Source: a virus (taxonomy: Duplodnaviria; Caudoviricetes). From it: a DNA stretch of 64,000 nt. The stretch lies in IMG/VR virus record IMGVR_UViG_3300031993_000053, positions 9,502 to 73,501 of that record; one strand, 5' to 3'. Shown in pieces: positions 37,804 through 47,468 of the stretch. How positions within the stretch are numbered: the first letter of the stretch is position 1; each line of letters starts with the position of its first letter. The notes below the pieces were generated by a model. It was given only the letters and a program-made list of their open reading frames with translations. It was not told the origin of the DNA and did no database searches. The position numbers and the translations under genes were made by a program.

Positions 37804-38691
37804 TTATCTCCTATTTTTTAATGCAATAACTGATCTACTTCCTTGAACGGTTGGAACTCCTTCTGGTCTACTAATATGAAAAGCATCAAAATATAATTTA
37901 TTATATAAATCTTTTAATGTTTGATATTCACTATTTAATCCTGCCGCTAAATAAACATTCATATAATCTAAATATAGATGCATGAATTCTTTTAATTGTT
38001 CTTTATTAAATTCACTAATAAATTCTTCTGCATTATTATAATCATTTTCCATATTTTCTTTTAATGCTGTATATTCATTTAATAATATTTTTTTAGCTCC
38101 AGCTTTCTTTTCAGGATCTCTTGATTCTAACCATTGAGCTGCTTTAGCAATATTATCAGCTGAAAAATATGGATCTGGTTTTAATGAATAGCTCATTGTT
38201 GGTTCTGCAATAGGAACATCTTCAATTTTAACATCTTCAACTTCATCAGTAATTTTAAAGATTTCTTTTATTTGAGCTAATTTATCAGATAATTCTTTTA
38301 CTTTATCTTGATATTTAGGATCTTTTGCTTTTGCAACTTCATCAATTAGTTTTTGATAATCATTAATAATATTTCTTAATGCAGTTGGATGGAATTTTTT
38401 ATACCATTTATCATGATTTAAATCTGCTTCCATATCCATTTCAATATTTCTAATTTCATAATCTAATTGCTTAGGATCAACAACTTCACCTTTTTTAATA
38501 GCTTCTTTTATTTTACTAACATGAGAAATCATATTACTTTTTGGAGTGATAGAAAAACTTGAATCATTATATTTTTTAGCAATATTCATTGCTTTATATG
38601 CTTCGTTAAAAATCTCTTTTTTAGATTTATTTTCTGAATCATTAATTTCTACTGTATATCCATTTTTAAATTTAATCTTATAATTTTTCAT
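37804..38691 (-). CDS. hypothetical helical protein after capsid (candidate internal protein)
   Basis: MKNYKIKFKNG..VEINDS start; NDS/EDV linkers. Confidence 0.65.
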   Translation of the reverse strand: MKNYKIKFKNGYTVEINDSENKSKKEIFNEAYKAMNIAKKYNDSSFSITPKSNMISHVSKIKEAIKKGEVVDPKQLDYEIRNIEMDMEADLNHDKWYKKFHPTALRNIINDYQKLIDEVAKAKDPKYQDKVKELSDKLAQIKEIFKITDEVEDVKIEDVPIAEPTMSYSLKPDPYFSADNIAKAAQWLESRDPEKKAGAKKILLNEYTALKENMENDYNNAEEFISEFNKEQLKEFMHLYLDYMNVYLAAGLNSEYQTLKDLYNKLYFDAFHISRPEGVPTVQGSRSVIALKNRR

Positions 38692-38711
38692 TAGTATCTC
38701 CTTAATTTAAT

Positions 38712-38760
38712 AAAAGGGCTAAACAGACTAAACCAGTTAGTCTAAATTTAGCCCTTAAAC
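38712..38760 (-). terminator. terminator/hairpin downstream of capsid gene
   Basis: AAGGGCTAAA-CAGACTAA...TTAGTCT-AAATTTAGCCCTT. Confidence 0.7.
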
Positions 38761-38792
38761 TGTTTATAAAATTTTATTTATTTTATTTTAAA

Positions 38793-39917
38793 TTAGTCAG
38801 TGAAATCCCAATAAGTTACAACACCTAATTCAGCAGAATTTGTGTTATAAGGTAATTGAATTTCAGATACTTGACCAACGAAAGCAGTTGTATAACTCAT
38901 CTTGTCGATGTTAGGTAAAGTAATGAAATGTTGAATTGGATAAGGAATATCGATTCTTACGAATTGTTTATTCTTACGATATGCAACGATACGGCCTTTA
39001 CCAGCAGCACCTAAATCATTTAATGCAGGACGACCTTCAATAGTAATCTTAACTTCTTTACCAGATTGAGCCATTGCTAAGTTATGTTCAAGAATGAAGC
39101 TATACAAGTTGCTTGTATATAATGGACTTGAACGGCCAACTAAATCGCTCATAACGAATGTTGGAACTAAGAATGTATCTGGAATAATGTTAACGTTCAT
39201 GTTAGAGTCTCTTAAATAAGTTTCAATTAAACCATTAAAGAAACCAGTAACAGCATCATCAGTTAAACCAGCAAAACCTTTATCAGTTGTAGCACTGTTA
39301 ACAATTGTATTAACTAATACATTATCGCTATTAAATAAACCTTTAGCATTATGAATGCCAGTGTAAGCAACATCTTGAACGAATAAATCCCAACCAGCAA
39401 CAATTGCATTGTTGTAGATATCTTGAATTGATTTTTGAAGAGTGATCTTCTTCATCTTTTCTAATTCAACAAAACGTAAATCATAAGCAACTTCATATGT
39501 ATAAACGTTAACTCTCATTTGGTTAAGACCAGCATTTACTCTTGGAATGTAGTTAGCATTATTACCAACAACATTTCTAAATTCATTCATAATACCAGCC
39601 CAGTTAACTGTATAGAATTCTACATAATCAACGAATCCACCACCAGTGTCAAATGGAATATCTTTTTGCCATGTAACAAAGTATAATGGTTCATATAATT
39701 GCTTATGTAATTTAGCTAAAGTAGTAGATAAGAATGCGAAGTTAGCATCATGAATAGTGCTGTCACCAACAAAATTCTTTCTAATCTTTGAGCTATACAT
39801 ATCACTTAAAGAAATAGTTTTTCCTCTTTGAGATGCAGAAACAGCATCAGCGAAAAATTTAGAAGGGATATCTGCAACAGGTGTGAAAGCAGAATTTGTA
39901 TTCATATTTGTCATCAT
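38793..39917 (-). CDS. major capsid protein (DUF2184-like, HK97 fold)
   Basis: HDANFAFL...L..L...LYEP; Y..YDL..VELE; GLFN; PD..LVP. Confidence 0.85.
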   Translation of the reverse strand: MMTNMNTNSAFTPVADIPSKFFADAVSASQRGKTISLSDMYSSKIRKNFVGDSTIHDANFAFLSTTLAKLHKQLYEPLYFVTWQKDIPFDTGGGFVDYVEFYTVNWAGIMNEFRNVVGNNANYIPRVNAGLNQMRVNVYTYEVAYDLRFVELEKMKKITLQKSIQDIYNNAIVAGWDLFVQDVAYTGIHNAKGLFNSDNVLVNTIVNSATTDKGFAGLTDDAVTGFFNGLIETYLRDSNMNVNIIPDTFLVPTFVMSDLVGRSSPLYTSNLYSFILEHNLAMAQSGKEVKITIEGRPALNDLGAAGKGRIVAYRKNKQFVRIDIPYPIQHFITLPNIDKMSYTTAFVGQVSEIQLPYNTNSAELGVVTYWDFTD

Positions 39918-39932
39918 CTTTATTTCCTCCTA

Positions 39933-40451
39933 TTATTTAATAACAATCTCAGCAATATATTTTGGACTAGATTGAGTTCCTTGGTTTTCATAAACACCTG
40001 TAAAATACCAACCAGGAACATCAGTAGCACCACTTTCACCATGAGTAGTTAGGTGACCATATTTAGATGCTGTATTTAAAATAACTGCAACAGCTGCACC
40101 TTCTTTAATATTAGAAGTTGTAGGAGCATCTAATTCTACTGCTAAGTAACCTTTTAATAATAAATTGAATCCTTCACCAACTGCAGTTTCAACTTCTACA
40201 CTTGGACCAGCAGGATAAGTTGTAGCTAATTTAACGTTAGTTCCAACTACAAGACCAGCAATGTCACCAACAGCACTAATTGTAGATGTAGGAACTTTAT
40301 ATTCACCAGCAACAGAACCAAATACAACAACATCACCGAAATGAGCCGCTACAGTTCCACCTAGCATACCACCTTGAACATCATACTTATCAGAAACAGT
40401 TGGAAAACCCTTTAATAATTTTTGAATAGATTTGTTAATAATTAACCCCAT
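39933..40451 (-). CDS. capsid cement/decoration protein
   Basis: GFP.VS...FGD.V...G; immediately upstream of MCP. Confidence 0.7.
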   Translation of the reverse strand: MGLIINKSIQKLLKGFPTVSDKYDVQGGMLGGTVAAHFGDVVVFGSVAGEYKVPTSTISAVGDIAGLVVGTNVKLATTYPAGPSVEVETAVGEGFNLLLKGYLAVELDAPTTSNIKEGAAVAVILNTASKYGHLTTHGESGATDVPGWYFTGVYENQGTQSSPKYIAEIVIK

Positions 40452-40456
40452 ATATT

Positions 40457-40981
40457 TTATTTTCCTCCATATCTTTTTGCCCATGCAAGAGCAATTTCAT
40501 CAGTTTCGTCATCTTGACTATCTTTTACTCGTTTTTCAACGGCACCGAAAGATTTCTTAGAATCATGAGTCATTTCATCTTCACATTGATCATCAATGAA
40601 GTCTTCTTCTTCGTCTTCCTCTTCAGAGATTTCAACATCATCTTCTTCATTTAATTCTAATAATTGTTCATCTTTCTTTTCTTTTTCTTCCTCTTTATCA
40701 TCTAAATCAGCATCTTCATCGTCTTCATCTTTTTCAACTTTTTCTTTTGCTTTTTTAGACTTAGGATCTTCAACTAATGCTAATAAATCTTCAAATTTCT
40801 TAGCTAATTCCTTTAAAGCCTTTAATTCTTCTTTAGTAAAATCAGCTTCTTTTTCTTCGTCTTTTACTTCTGGCTTTACTTCAGGTGATTTAAATCTTGG
40901 CTTTAAAGCTAAAGAATCTTTTTTGTTAACAATAAATGTGTTACCTTTATTATCAGTAACGCGAATAGCTTTAACTTTCAT
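40457..40981 (-). CDS. scaffold protein
   Basis: Very acidic; THDSKKSFGA...DEIALAWAKRY C-terminus. Confidence 0.7.
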   Translation of the reverse strand: MKVKAIRVTDNKGNTFIVNKKDSLALKPRFKSPEVKPEVKDEEKEADFTKEELKALKELAKKFEDLLALVEDPKSKKAKEKVEKDEDDEDADLDDKEEEKEKKDEQLLELNEEDDVEISEEEDEEEDFIDDQCEDEMTHDSKKSFGAVEKRVKDSQDDETDEIALAWAKRYGGK

Positions 40982-41008
40982 TTTTTCCTCCATTTTAAAT
41001 CTAATTAT

Positions 41009-41037
41009 ATTATAGCGTATTAATTTAATTTCGTCTA
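41009..41037 (-). promoter_or_regulatory. canonical promoter for scaffold-cement-capsid
   Basis: TAGACG-N17-TATAAT on minus strand. Confidence 0.7.
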
Positions 41038-41537
41038 CTTTCTGACAAAATAATTTTACATTTTATATAATTTTTTAATTGCCTTAAATCATATAAATAT
41101 TTATTTTCATCTTCAACATTTAATAAATTTGCAAGGTTAGCACTTGTAGTAACAATTTGTTCCATTTTTGATTTAACATAAATTTCAGTTTTAATTGCAA
41201 ATTCATTTAATCTTTTCATTATGTCATCTTTAGTCCAATTATAAGTTAATACACCATCTATTATTTTGTCAAGCTCATTATCTAAATTAGTAGAAATATA
41301 ATACATACAATTATCAAGAATTGGCCTTGCTGGAATTGTAAGCGTCCCATGTTCAGTTAAATACATAATATCACCAACTTCCATTTGGATTTGAGAAGTT
41401 GTTTCATCAGTATTTAAAATATTTACTGTAACAGATTTAATTGCATCTTCAGTAAATATACCAAACTCAATACTAATTCTTGATAAAAAATCTATTGTAT
41501 TTAATTGTTTTTCAAAATCAGTTAAATCAACGTTCAT
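41025..41537 (-). CDS. HK97 gp10-like neck/tail-completion protein
   Basis: EHGT.TIPARP.L motif. Confidence 0.7.
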   Translation of the reverse strand: MNVDLTDFEKQLNTIDFLSRISIEFGIFTEDAIKSVTVNILNTDETTSQIQMEVGDIMYLTEHGTLTIPARPILDNCMYYISTNLDNELDKIIDGVLTYNWTKDDIMKRLNEFAIKTEIYVKSKMEQIVTTSANLANLLNVEDENKYLYDLRQLKNYIKCKIILSESRRN

Positions 41538-43914
41538 CTGCTAATAACCACTGATTATAAATATCTTCATAAGTATAATCAGTTAATTCTGCTAATTTTT
41601 CAAAAACTCGCTCTCTAATAATAGAATCAGCATCTCCTCCTAAAAGTTCGTAAACATCTTTATAATTATCTAAACAATCAAATAAATCTTGGAATGTGAC
41701 ATCATCATTTAATGTTTTACCAACTTCATCAGTAGGATATTGTGACATATACCATGATTTAATGTTTAAACTAAGAGGATCACTATCTTTAACTTGGCTA
41801 TCTTCTTCGTCAAGTGTTTCATTACAACTTTCTAGTTGTTTTTTTAACTCCTCACGAAGTTTTTGTTTTTGAGCTGCATACTCTTCTTTGTTTTCGTCTT
41901 TAACTTTATCGTTTAAATCTTCTAATTTTTTAAGTTTTTTCTCTAAAAGTTTTTTAGAATTTTTATAAAATTTTTCACGATAATTAGTAGAATCTTCAAC
42001 AACAAATTCAGTAGTTGCAATCTCTTCTCGTTTTAGATTCGTGTATTTTAATAAATACTCTACTACTTGATTAAGATTATCAAAATCATTAAATTCAATA
42101 ATCTTATTACCATCTTGAACTGGTGCTACATAATTATCATATGAAGTTCCTTTAATTTTTCCATTTTCACGGTAAACGACATATTTTTTAGTATCAACAG
42201 AATCTTTGGTACTTTCTACTTTTACTTTAATCCACTCATATTTACCATTTGAAGCCTCAACTTTTTCTGCATATTCTCTTGTAAATTTAGGAGCTTCTGG
42301 TTCATACAAAAATTGTGCACGGCCATTTCCAATCCAATATAATGCTTTTCCATCATGTTGAGTAGTTCCTTTTGCATAAATGACATATCGCGAATTGTCA
42401 ATTTCTTCTTCTACTTTTTCTTCTGGCTTTGGTGGATTATTAATAAAATTAGAAATATCATCTTTTGAGTATTGTAAAAATACTGCTGAATCATCATATA
42501 TAATATCGAAATCTAGATCATCTAATCTAGCTTCTCTAACTGCTCTAGTTGCATCTTCATAAGAAGCAAATTGAGCAATAATATAATTTTGTCTATCATA
42601 ACTATATTCTGGATTTAATTTACTATCAATAAATTCTTTATAATCAATTTCTTCAATAGAATCTTTAAATGCAACAACAACCATATTATCGAATGTTCGC
42701 ATTAATTTTCTATATTCAATTTCATTAAGTAAATCTCTTTCATAATATTCATTAATCATGTCTCTAATTTCTTTTAATTTATCTTTACTTTCAGTATTTA
42801 AAAGCATCTTTCTAAATTTTGCATAGTCAACAGGATTATCTTGAGTTTGTTTTTTACCTATAAAATAAGCATTAACTTCATTAACTTTCCAATCACCATC
42901 ATCTTTAGTATATAAAGATATTATAAATATATCATTATAATCATCAAATGTAAAGAAATAATCTTTTCGATAATAACCATCACCCATTTTATTCCAGCCG
43001 TCAATTTTTTCTCTAACTGGCTTAAACCCCATTTCTTTAATAGGATTAATTATATCTTCAATACTAATATCTTTATCTACATGCTTAGAAATAAAATTAA
43101 AATATTTACTAAGTTGTTTTTTATCATTTGCTTCTAAAGATTTAGAATCAGAAAAAACTAATCTATTTTCTTTTTTAACTAAACTAAATGTTACCTTAGC
43201 ATTAAATTTTTTAGCAATATCTTTTGCAACATCCATAACATGATCTTGCGCAATATTAGAAATCCATAAAGTATTTTCATTAGAATATTCTGTATTTAAG
43301 TCAGCATCACGTACATATTTTTCAACTTTTTCTAATTCATCTGATTGACCAATTACTCTTAATTCAATATCACTATTATCTTTAATTTTACTATCAATAA
43401 TTTTAGCAATACCAGCTCTACCTTGTTCACATAATGCAACATGATTTCCTCTAATATTAATTTGTTCTGGATTTTCACCTTCTGTAACATCGCAATCATA
43501 TCCGCATGAAAGTTCAGTACGAATTCCATTTTCAATATCATCAATAGTTTGAGCATCAGTAATAACAAGATCACCAATCATAACATCTTGGCCATTAAAT
43601 TTTCCTTTACGAATATTTCTTGTATGACCAACTGAAAGTTCAGAATAATTTTCTGGAGTTACACTTTCATCTGGATGTTCAACAGTAATTGGTTTATCTT
43701 CAAATGATGCAAGAGTTTCAGCTGCAAATACTTGCTCTGGTTTACGATCAACCATAATAGGTTCATCAGCACCATTAAAATTAGGATAAACTTCTGATTT
43801 TAAGTATTCCTGTTTACCAGTACGAGCAAGAATTGCATCTTGACAAATTAAATATCCTTCTGGAGTTTTATATTTATGTTCACTTAATTTTGTTTTTGTT
43901 AAAATTTTTGCCAT
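41527..43914 (-). CDS. DUF2213-like prohead protease fused to a long multi-domain extension
   Basis: TPEGYL.C....ARTG.Q.Y; ELSCGYD; NHVALC..GRAG; then about 600 aa of KDS/EDS-delimited modules. Confidence 0.85.
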   Translation of the reverse strand: MAKILTKTKLSEHKYKTPEGYLICQDAILARTGKQEYLKSEVYPNFNGADEPIMVDRKPEQVFAAETLASFEDKPITVEHPDESVTPENYSELSVGHTRNIRKGKFNGQDVMIGDLVITDAQTIDDIENGIRTELSCGYDCDVTEGENPEQINIRGNHVALCEQGRAGIAKIIDSKIKDNSDIELRVIGQSDELEKVEKYVRDADLNTEYSNENTLWISNIAQDHVMDVAKDIAKKFNAKVTFSLVKKENRLVFSDSKSLEANDKKQLSKYFNFISKHVDKDISIEDIINPIKEMGFKPVREKIDGWNKMGDGYYRKDYFFTFDDYNDIFIISLYTKDDGDWKVNEVNAYFIGKKQTQDNPVDYAKFRKMLLNTESKDKLKEIRDMINEYYERDLLNEIEYRKLMRTFDNMVVVAFKDSIEEIDYKEFIDSKLNPEYSYDRQNYIIAQFASYEDATRAVREARLDDLDFDIIYDDSAVFLQYSKDDISNFINNPPKPEEKVEEEIDNSRYVIYAKGTTQHDGKALYWIGNGRAQFLYEPEAPKFTREYAEKVEASNGKYEWIKVKVESTKDSVDTKKYVVYRENGKIKGTSYDNYVAPVQDGNKIIEFNDFDNLNQVVEYLLKYTNLKREEIATTEFVVEDSTNYREKFYKNSKKLLEKKLKKLEDLNDKVKDENKEEYAAQKQKLREELKKQLESCNETLDEEDSQVKDSDPLSLNIKSWYMSQYPTDEVGKTLNDDVTFQDLFDCLDNYKDVYELLGGDADSIIRERVFEKLAELTDYTYEDIYNQWLLADER

Positions 43915-43917
43915 AAT

Positions 43918-45927
43918 TTATTCCTCATAATCGTGTTCAAAAACTTCATTCCAATCTATTTTATTTGCTTCTGAATATGCATAATCTTTAAAATAATCAA
44001 AAAATTTTTGTGAGTATTTTTTATATAATTCTTCAACAATTGGAGAAAGTTTATAATTAAGTTCTGGCTTATAACCAAGAAGATCATCATAAATATATTC
44101 TTCAAGTTTATTATCATAATAACGACCAAGAGTATCGCCATCTGTAGCTGGTAATTTTATCATTTCTTGATATTTAGAATCTTCTTTTAATAATAAATTT
44201 TTTATAAGTTCAGCTAAAGGCTCATCATACTCATAATCACTAGGATAAATTTCAAACTCATATTCTATTTCAGTTTCATAGTAATCTTCATCCCATGGTT
44301 TTGCATTATGAGGAGAGGCATCAGCTTTGACTACCATATCTTTATATATAAGACCAAAAGACTTACCATTAAACCAATAATCGTTTTGATAATCTATCTT
44401 GCTATCATTAATATTATCTTCAATATATACATCTTCAATAGAATTAGTTAATATTTCTTTCTTATACTTTTTAAAATATTTTTCAGCATTTTCTTTTGTT
44501 AAATGGTCTTTATGCTTAATAGTATATCCCATACCATTTTTAATTTTTTCTAAACTAGCACTATATCCAGTATCTTTATCCCATCGATACTCAGTATATA
44601 ATCCATCTTTTTCAAAATATTCAATTACTAAAGATGAGTCTTTTATATTTCGTTTATCCCAATAAGAATAAGCAATAGCAGCCCGCTGCTTTTCATCTGG
44701 ATATTCTTTAGCGGTTTCTTTCATAAAGCGGGCTATAAAATCTTTTTTTGATTCACCTTTTTTAGGTTTAACATCTTTAATAGAATCATATCCTTTAGCA
44801 TGACCTATTCTATAGGCTAATTCTTCAGCGGCAGCTTTATCAAATTCTTCTTGCTTTTCAAATTCTTTTTCATCAAAATCATCATGCCAATCATTATGAT
44901 CAAGTATAGTTTCTATTAATTCATCACTTGTATCACAAACTTCAATAAGTTCACCATTATCATCATATACAACAAACTTGCCGCTATCAATTTTAAAATA
45001 AATATCAGCAGTTTTATAAGTAGTTTCATCTACTTGTTTAATATCTAAACCATATGGTTCATCTTGTAAATAATCAATAACTTCTAATAAATCTCCATCT
45101 ATAATATATCTTGGTGCTAAAGAATCTTTTATATATTTATCAACATATTTTTTAGCATTATCTAAATGTTTAAAAGATTTAATATATTTACCCGATGGAG
45201 AATATAAATCCCATGGTTCTTCTGGTACATAATAACCATATTCTTTTGCTTCAGCAAAATCTTCATCAATTTCAATTATATAGCCTTTATAATGGTATAC
45301 TTCATATCCATCATTTATTTTTTTAGAATCTTTAACTTTTAATTTATTTGGAAGCTCAACTACCATAACAACATTATTTTCCCACTCTAATGGTTCAGTA
45401 AATCCGTCTTTCTTTAAAGCCTCTTCAATTCTTGGTAAGATATTATCTTCATAATAATCAAAGCCTGCACCAAATTCACTAGATAGCCCTTCCATCATAT
45501 AATTCATATCTTCTTCATAATCAATAGTATAATTTTCATATTCATCATATAATTCTAAAAAGTCACCATTTACTCTATATTTAAAATTAAATTCTCCTTC
45601 TGATTCTACACCTTCAATTTCTATTGGAGCATTTAATTCAGTAAGTAGCTTATCTAAATTAGGTAATTTTAAAATAGCGTCTTCAAATTTAGTTTCTTTC
45701 TTTATAATCATATCTTCTCCCATCTCACGTTTATAAAATTTCATAAATTTATTAAACATTTCTTCAGAAAAAATAATATCCATTTTATCTTTATTTTCCC
45801 ATTCTTTAAAATCTTTTGTTGTCATAAATTTATTATATAATTGATTCATTTTATTATTAGAGATCCTATTTAACTCAGCAAGTTCTTTCCAATATTGACT
45901 AATTTCATTAAAGCTATTATCTTTCAT
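43918..45927 (-). CDS. acidic multi-domain protein (candidate internal virion polyprotein)
   Basis: KDS/NDS linkers; PKKGESKKDFIARFM...YPDEKQRAAIAYSYW module. Confidence 0.7.
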   Translation of the reverse strand: MKDNSFNEISQYWKELAELNRISNNKMNQLYNKFMTTKDFKEWENKDKMDIIFSEEMFNKFMKFYKREMGEDMIIKKETKFEDAILKLPNLDKLLTELNAPIEIEGVESEGEFNFKYRVNGDFLELYDEYENYTIDYEEDMNYMMEGLSSEFGAGFDYYEDNILPRIEEALKKDGFTEPLEWENNVVMVVELPNKLKVKDSKKINDGYEVYHYKGYIIEIDEDFAEAKEYGYYVPEEPWDLYSPSGKYIKSFKHLDNAKKYVDKYIKDSLAPRYIIDGDLLEVIDYLQDEPYGLDIKQVDETTYKTADIYFKIDSGKFVVYDDNGELIEVCDTSDELIETILDHNDWHDDFDEKEFEKQEEFDKAAAEELAYRIGHAKGYDSIKDVKPKKGESKKDFIARFMKETAKEYPDEKQRAAIAYSYWDKRNIKDSSLVIEYFEKDGLYTEYRWDKDTGYSASLEKIKNGMGYTIKHKDHLTKENAEKYFKKYKKEILTNSIEDVYIEDNINDSKIDYQNDYWFNGKSFGLIYKDMVVKADASPHNAKPWDEDYYETEIEYEFEIYPSDYEYDEPLAELIKNLLLKEDSKYQEMIKLPATDGDTLGRYYDNKLEEYIYDDLLGYKPELNYKLSPIVEELYKKYSQKFFDYFKDYAYSEANKIDWNEVFEHDYEE

Positions 45928-45985
45928 TTTTAGTAGCCTCCTATTCAAATTTAATTTTATCACAATTATTTTAAATTATCTACTT

Positions 45986-46792
45986 TTATATAGAATAATT
46001 TGAAGAAATTGTTACAGATTTATTATAAACAGTTAATACATCAACAGTAAATTGATATACATTATTTTCTTTAGTATTTTTATTTTCTTTAATAACGCTT
46101 GAAGAAAATGAATTTATTTTTACTACAGCCGGATGTTTATTAATAATATTTATAATTTCTATATCTATAATTGCTTTATCTCGTATTTTATCTAAAAGAG
46201 GTAAACCATAATTTAAATTATAATATAATTCACCTTTTATTACAGCAAGTCTTTGAGTTAATGATTTTCCAACCATTTCTTGATTATCAATTATATAATT
46301 ATCTGCAGGAATTTTTGATCCAGATCTTTGTCTATATTTTAATTCTAATTCATTTATATAATTACTAACACCAAGACCGCTAAGAGTTAATAAGATATAA
46401 TTAGTAGCGCTCATTGTAAAAGCTATATCTGTATCAACTGATCCAACAACATCTCCTTCAACTAAATTATTTATAACAGTATCATTTTCATCAACTTCTT
46501 GAAATAAATAATGAATTGTTCCAACTCCATCAACCATAAAACTTGCTCCTTGATTTTTAGACCTTGGATAAGTTGATTTAATTGTTATGCTAGTAATAAC
46601 TCCGCCAGATGTTGTTACTGATGTTATACCGCAAACAGCAAGCGGAAATTCATTACATAAAAAATTTTCTCTTGTTATAGAATATACGGCAACTTCTTCA
46701 TCAATTTGATTAACATCACTAACTCCAGCTGAACCAAACCAAACAATATTATATGTACCATCAGGATTTTTAATTATATTTCTTGTTCTCAT
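45986..46792 (-). CDS. baseplate wedge gp25-like (DUF2634-like) with internal insertion
   Basis: MRTR.....GTY start; L.QRL....GE..Y...YGLP. Confidence 0.65.
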   Translation of the reverse strand: MRTRNIIKNPDGTYNIVWFGSAGVSDVNQIDEEVAVYSITRENFLCNEFPLAVCGITSVTTSGGVITSITIKSTYPRSKNQGASFMVDGVGTIHYLFQEVDENDTVINNLVEGDVVGSVDTDIAFTMSATNYILLTLSGLGVSNYINELELKYRQRSGSKIPADNYIIDNQEMVGKSLTQRLAVIKGELYYNLNYGLPLLDKIRDKAIIDIEIINIINKHPAVVKINSFSSSVIKENKNTKENNVYQFTVDVLTVYNKSVTISSNYSI

Positions 46793-46794
46793 AA

Positions 46795-47463
46795 TTATTC
46801 CTCCTGATCTGTATTTTCAGAAAATACATAATTTCCACTATCAAATATAGCACTGCTATCAAATGTTCCAACAACTGGTTCGCCTATACTTTTAATATAT
46901 TCTATACCAAGACTTTCAACTAATAACTCATCGGATAAAACTAATTTTCCAAGAGTTGTTGGATTTAATGCTGTTCCATATTTAGTTGAATCAGTACAAA
47001 TAATAGTTGCACTAAGTGGAACTAAATTACCACTACTTAATGTTTGTTTATATAATATATTTTTTGATTTATATAAATCACTTAATTCTTCATTTGTTCC
47101 TTGATAATTTAACCTTGTAATTATAACTTGCAAATAGAATTTTAATTCTGCATTTGTCATAGTTATAGTTTCTTCAGTATTACTATATTTAATTTTTTTA
47201 GTTCTACTTACACCATAAAACGAAGCTAATATATCAAGTTCAGCTCCATATATTGAATCAGGATCATATCCTAATCTTGAAAAATATAAATCGTCACCTT
47301 CAAAAATATCAAAAGAATAAATTAATAATTTTCCAACATCATTTAAATTATTTAATATTGCAATATATATTTCTTCTCTATCAATTATTCCATATGAATT
47401 TTTAAGAAATAATGACATTTTATCTAAATAATAATCTTTTAATAATAATTTGCTATCAATCAT
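46795..47463 (-). CDS. DUF2612-like baseplate wedge protein
   Basis: G..LDIL....GV.R; LK..I...N..GT. Confidence 0.7.
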   Translation of the reverse strand: MIDSKLLLKDYYLDKMSLFLKNSYGIIDREEIYIAILNNLNDVGKLLIYSFDIFEGDDLYFSRLGYDPDSIYGAELDILASFYGVSRTKKIKYSNTEETITMTNAELKFYLQVIITRLNYQGTNEELSDLYKSKNILYKQTLSSGNLVPLSATIICTDSTKYGTALNPTTLGKLVLSDELLVESLGIEYIKSIGEPVVGTFDSSAIFDSGNYVFSENTDQEE

Positions 47464-47468
47464 AAGTA

